This document shows positions 63,757-64,000 of a stretch of 64,000 bases of DNA, piece by piece. The translations under genes and the position numbers were made by a program. Each line of letters starts with the position of its first letter. The first letter of the stretch is position 1. Below the pieces are notes generated by a model. It saw nothing but the letters and a program-made list of their open reading frames with translations. It was not told the DNA's origin and did no database searches. This DNA comes from Desulfobacterales bacterium (GTDB lineage: Bacteria > Desulfobacterota > Desulfobacteria > Desulfobacterales > UBA2174): assembly GCA_963668645.2 (NCBI GenBank), contig CAXXWC010000019.1:288001-352000 (forward strand), in the 5' to 3' direction.

Positions 63757-64000
63757 ATGAAAAAGTTGGTTGTCGTTGTTCTGGTGATCGCCGCCCTGGC
63801 CTTTCCCTGTATGGCGGCGGACAAGATCGTGATGAAATGCGGGCATGAATCCGAAGGCGACATCCGGATGCCCGGCACCGGTTCCACCGCTGGTCTGGCC
63901 GTTTTCAAAAACCACATCGAATCGGCCACCGGAGGGGAAATCGAGGTCAAGCTTTATCCAGACAACTCTCTTGGCAACAATCGCTCCATGGTGGAACAGA
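63757..64000 (+). CDS. TRAP substrate-binding protein (DctP), 3' end outside the window
   Basis: AGGAG RBS, signal peptide, FK..IE..TGGEIEV.LYP...LG. Confidence 0.85.
   Translation, partial: MKKLVVVVLVIAALAFPCMAADKIVMKCGHESEGDIRMPGTGSTAGLAVFKNHIESATGGEIEVKLYPDNSLGNNRSMVEQ

Overview
GC-rich bacterial chromosome segment, probably from a Desulfobacterota (Desulfobacterales-like) anaerobe; the taxon is inferred from gene content and several sigma54 promoters. Contents, left to right: (1) relA/spoT (partial), rpmB, bamD, trxA, purN and a TraB-family gene. (2) An orphan CbbQ/NorQ AAA+ ATPase and VWA pair with a small hypothetical gene. (3) A MarR (EctR/CosR-like) regulator with a proVWX betaine ABC transporter. 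(4) A liv-type ABC operon and a FadR-family regulator. (5) An unusual GntR-AOR-ferredoxin-TRAP-pxpABC catabolic operon. (6) A C4-dicarboxylate cluster (mdh, usp, TAXI-TRAP | sdhCAB, biotin-dependent carboxyltransferase, sensor kinase, sigma54 regulator) driven by divergent sigma54 promoters placed symmetrically around one palindrome. (7) An EEP hydrolase, a MenA-like gene, a CPBP protease, yebC, rlmE, radA, mltB and tRNA-Glu(CTC). (8) A decayed accessory island of about 5.6 kb with a brxL-like tail, a putative Mu-like prophage end, a truncated ISL3, and cI- and CII-like pseudogenes. Its only apparently intact genes are an AT-rich coupled pair (NdpA/YejK-like protein plus membrane protein), the best candidate here for an undescribed anti-phage system. 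(9) A sigma54-controlled Zn-dehydrogenase, split transketolase and TRAP cluster. All calls come from reading motifs by eye; no database searches were run.
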